In this document: positions 25,147 to 27,784 of the stretch, one piece after another
Numbering within the stretch: position 1 is the first letter of the stretch
How the letters are laid out: the number at the start of each line of letters is the position of its first letter
Virus record (IMG/VR): IMGVR_UViG_3300036833_000118
Span: 1 to 27,784 of that record
Length of the DNA stretch: 27,784 bases
Strand: one strand, 5' to 3'
Origin: a virus
Taxonomy: Duplodnaviria > Caudoviricetes
The notes under the pieces: generated by a model
Told to the model about the DNA's origin: nothing
Databases searched by the model: none
Seen by the model: the letters and a program-made list of their open reading frames with translations, nothing else
Translations under genes and position numbers: made by a program

Positions 25147-25380
25147 TCAGGAGTGAGTGTATCCGTCAGGTTCGATCCCGAGCCACATGCCGCGCCATTC
25201 GATCATGACGCAACCCGGGCCGGGATGAACGCGGCGGCGAAACCGCCGCCATTGGATCGTTGTGACCTTGACGTGACCACCTTTGAAACTGTCCCGATAT
25301 CCGGGACTGATCCAATTTGGAAAGTCGCGCTGGAACACCCGGAACAACGCGACGCGTTGCGCTCGCGTTAGCGGGGTCAT
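25147..25380 (-). CDS. Hypothetical phage protein (C-terminal GMWLGIEPDGYTHS)
   Basis: ATGA coupling; 77 aa. Confidence 0.7.
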   Translation of the reverse strand: MTPLTRAQRVALFRVFQRDFPNWISPGYRDSFKGGHVKVTTIQWRRFRRRVHPGPGCVMIEWRGMWLGIEPDGYTHS

Positions 25381-25778
25381 GGCTTTTTGCCGTGGTAATG
25401 ATACGCCACATCGGCCGCAGTCTCGAAGACGTTGTGAATAACTGGCTTAACCGGTCGCGCGTCGCTGGCCCATGCCTGCACCTCGTGCATCATGGCGTTG
25501 AACGTCGCGCCGTCAATTTCGCCAGCGTCTAGCATCTGGCCTAGCCAGACCGAAACGAGGAACACGGTTCCGTCAATCGCCGCGTCCGGACTGTCTGAGG
25601 TCTCGCGTTTTGCAAGCTCTCGCTCCCGGTCTTGAATTCGCCATTCGGCATCGCGACGTCCGTTCTTGAGACCGCTACTGCGGAAACATGGCCAGCACGC
25701 CACAAGCCCGGCATCCTTCGGGCCGTTGCACAACGGGCATAGGTGGTGCGCTCTTACGCGCGGATTATCGATTTTCAT
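25377..25778 (-). CDS. Zn-finger-containing hypothetical protein
   Basis: CPLC...CWPC; SD TGGAG before MKIDNP. Confidence 0.65.
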   Translation of the reverse strand: MKIDNPRVRAHHLCPLCNGPKDAGLVACWPCFRSSGLKNGRRDAEWRIQDRERELAKRETSDSPDAAIDGTVFLVSVWLGQMLDAGEIDGATFNAMMHEVQAWASDARPVKPVIHNVFETAADVAYHYHGKKP

Positions 25779-25818
25779 TGTTGTTGCTCCATTATCAGAC
25801 CGCCAAAATTGGCTAATG

Positions 25819-25851
25819 AAAAAAACCGCGCGGCACAAAATGCCGCGCGGT
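25819..25851 (-). terminator. Intrinsic terminator after the DUF932-like gene
   Basis: ccgcgcggca-caaaa-tgccgcgcgg stem followed by T7 on the minus strand. Confidence 0.85.
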
Positions 25852-25862
25852 CGTCACGTCAA

Positions 25863-26951
25863 TCAGTTGGCCGCAAGTTCCAGAACCTTGCCTGCCACGC
25901 GTTCGAATTCAACGCGCGTATCTTGATGCGGGATCGATCGGGCATAGGCAGTCGCGGCCGTGGTCACGTCCCACAGGTTTTCTATCGGGCGATCTTCCTC
26001 CGCTATGTGCAACGCCTTGAGCGGCTCGACTTTCGACGCGCCGAACCGCTCTCGCAGGAACGCGTCCAGATGGTCCTTGTCCAATCGCTTGTCCCGAGCC
26101 TGTTCGATCGCATTCACGACCGATGACGCGGAACCGTTCGCATAGGCGATCAACGCGGGTTGCATCTCATCAAGGTAACGATCGGGAGCCCCGCCAGTGT
26201 GACGAATACTGACTTGCTTGTATTCGACAGCACCCCAAACGATCCGGTTGGCGCAGACGTAGTCGAAAAGGAACGTCGCCATTCCGAACGTCTTGGAACC
26301 GACTTCACTGTTCCACATGAACATGCCGCGCGCCACACTTCCCATCTGCCCGTTGCGGCGGTTCGGAATTTCAATCCGGTTGTGCTCGTCTGCGAGGAAC
26401 ACGAATAAATCCCGGTCGCTCGCGTAAAGCGTCGTATTGGCTTTCGTCACTGCAACAGCCTTGCCGAATTCGCCGGGAACCTTCCAGTCACCGCTAACCC
26501 CATCGCCGAACCGCTGTACCAGCGTGTCGAGAATGTCCGAGTTCCAGATGCGGCCGTAATTAGGTCCGGTCGCAGCGCGCACGATGTTCTCACCGCCGTT
26601 CCGCGTCAGGATGCCAACTTCTTCGACGTCTCGCGAGAACTGTAGGCCGTAGTTGACGCAGTCCGCCGCAAGCGGCGCCGGCAGTTTCGACAGATAACCG
26701 GCTGGCGCTTTGGCCAGACTGGCCAACTGCCCGAACGCCCAATTGGTGGGTTCGTAAGCCTCGTCTCGCACATCGACTAACATCCCGGTGTTGTCGATGG
26801 TTGGAACGCAGCGCAACCGGCTGGTACGGACGACCGATTGGTGGCTGTTGTCGCGAAGCGTCTCGAAATGCCGGCGCATATCGATCAACGAGGTAAAACG
26901 TTCATCGTCAGGCCGTGACGCCCATTGCTTGGAAGCTTGCATAAGTTCCAT
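25863..26951 (-). CDS. DUF932-like phage/plasmid protein
   Basis: WNSEVG...FDYVCANRIV...IRHTG...NLWDVTTAAT pattern; SD GTGGAGA. Confidence 0.75.
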   Translation of the reverse strand: MELMQASKQWASRPDDERFTSLIDMRRHFETLRDNSHQSVVRTSRLRCVPTIDNTGMLVDVRDEAYEPTNWAFGQLASLAKAPAGYLSKLPAPLAADCVNYGLQFSRDVEEVGILTRNGGENIVRAATGPNYGRIWNSDILDTLVQRFGDGVSGDWKVPGEFGKAVAVTKANTTLYASDRDLFVFLADEHNRIEIPNRRNGQMGSVARGMFMWNSEVGSKTFGMATFLFDYVCANRIVWGAVEYKQVSIRHTGGAPDRYLDEMQPALIAYANGSASSVVNAIEQARDKRLDKDHLDAFLRERFGASKVEPLKALHIAEEDRPIENLWDVTTAATAYARSIPHQDTRVEFERVAGKVLELAAN

Positions 26952-27032
26952 GGTAAATCTCCACTCTGGTTAGGAACGCTCTGGGAGTGGCGTTCCGTGC
27001 TAGGCCGGATCAACCGGCCTAGTGTCGGAACG

Positions 27033-27218
27033 TCAACTGAGCCGTGACGGCTCGTTAACAGGGTCGTCGCATTCGATGACGCGGGTTTCTCGAACCGCCG
27101 TCCATCGATACGCCAAATCGCTGACATACAGTTCCGCTTCCGCTCTCGTTTCAAAACGCAGTGCATTGCCGCACCAATTGCCGGAACTGTCAGCGATCAC
27201 TTCAGGTTTGAAAGACAT
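27033..27218 (-). CDS. Small hypothetical early protein
   Basis: SD TGGAGA; MSFKPEVIADSSGNWCGNALRFET. Confidence 0.7.
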   Translation of the reverse strand: MSFKPEVIADSSGNWCGNALRFETRAEAELYVSDLAYRWTAVRETRVIECDDPVNEPSRLS

Positions 27219-27439
27219 AGTCAGATCTCCATTGTTAGGGTTTCAGTTTCATCACGGGCATTGCAGACGCGATATTCCTTCCACCGCTCCGCTTTGTCGT
27301 GACTGAGGTTCCAGAGGCGCTCTTAACGCTTGGCCAGTACTAGGCGCCCTATGCGAGATTGCGGGGTCCGTTCCCAATAGTCGCGCTGCCAACGCGTCTG
27401 CGGCGATCAACTCCAAAGGCGCACTACGCGCCCATGGTC

Positions 27440-27469
27440 AAGATACCGGATGTCGCCGTGATCTGTCAA
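27440..27469 (-). promoter_or_regulatory. Candidate early sigma70 promoter
   Basis: CTTGACA-N18-TATCTT, oriented towards the early cluster. Confidence 0.6.
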
Positions 27470-27784
27470 GAGGATTGCTTTACACTTATCGGTTGCAGAC
27501 GCGCCGATGTTCCATGCTGCAACTGCGTAAATTCGATAAAACCGACCGGGTGTCACTTGGTACCGGAAAACGCCAAAACGCACCACGGACCTTCCCCGAG
27601 CGTTTAAACCTGTCAAGTGAAAAGTGCGACACTCCGCCAGATCGTTCGCGACGTTTGTTGCCACACCCCACAGCACCCGGCATCCCTCGCGACTTGTCAA
27701 GGCCAATGATCGCGCCACGCCTCTTGACACGCGACGCTGGTTGTGGGTTGCGTCAAGTGCTGCGATTGACACGCCTTCATTGCC

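Larger units (their letters stand above)
1..27784 (-). mobile_element. Tailed dsDNA phage/prophage genome segment, podovirus-like morphogenesis operon plus early gene cluster
   Basis: Co-oriented terminase, portal, scaffold, capsid, adaptor, nozzle and ejection-type genes. No tape measure, sheath or host housekeeping genes seen. Confidence 0.95.

Noticed and set aside
27238-27260. Hammerhead-like GTGATGA...GAAAC on the minus strand
   Set aside because: Lacks the CUGANGA core and stem II.
27407-27772. 121-aa minus-strand ORF at the right end
   Set aside because: No SD or recognisable motif, and it overlaps the promoter-like elements.
1-27784. CRISPR array, tRNA, integrase/att site, reverse transcriptase/DGR
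   Set aside because: No regularly spaced repeat-spacer units, cloverleafs or corresponding protein motifs were seen by eye.

Overview
This window is a GC-rich fragment of a tailed dsDNA phage or prophage with short-tailed (podovirus-type) gene organisation. Nearly all genes are on the minus strand. In transcription order (right to left) it contains: a promoter/leader region; an early cluster of small genes (DUF932-like, Zn-finger, PD-(D/E)XK-like, Tad2/DUF2829-like); terminase large subunit; NUMOD4-HNH; an Acb2/Tad1-like sponge; Zn-ribbon protein; portal; scaffold; major capsid; IPT/TIG protein; head-tail adaptor; a Gly-rich protein + 2OG-Fe(II) oxygenase + DUF6817 cassette; an antisense HNH-AP2 endonuclease; tail nozzle; a GNAT-like protein; and ejection-type proteins, one with a lysozyme domain. 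Two features not delineated by the ORF track stand out. (1) A translationally coupled array of six tiny Arg-rich, protamine-like ORFs (7853-8900) lies in the virion operon and is interrupted by a resolvase-like gene. (2) A candidate ~75-nt antisense sRNA (22318-22392, + strand) sits near the early/late boundary; its single-stranded linker is complementary to the ribosome-binding sites of six early genes but not of the late genes inspected. All family assignments come from motif recognition and synteny; no database search was run.
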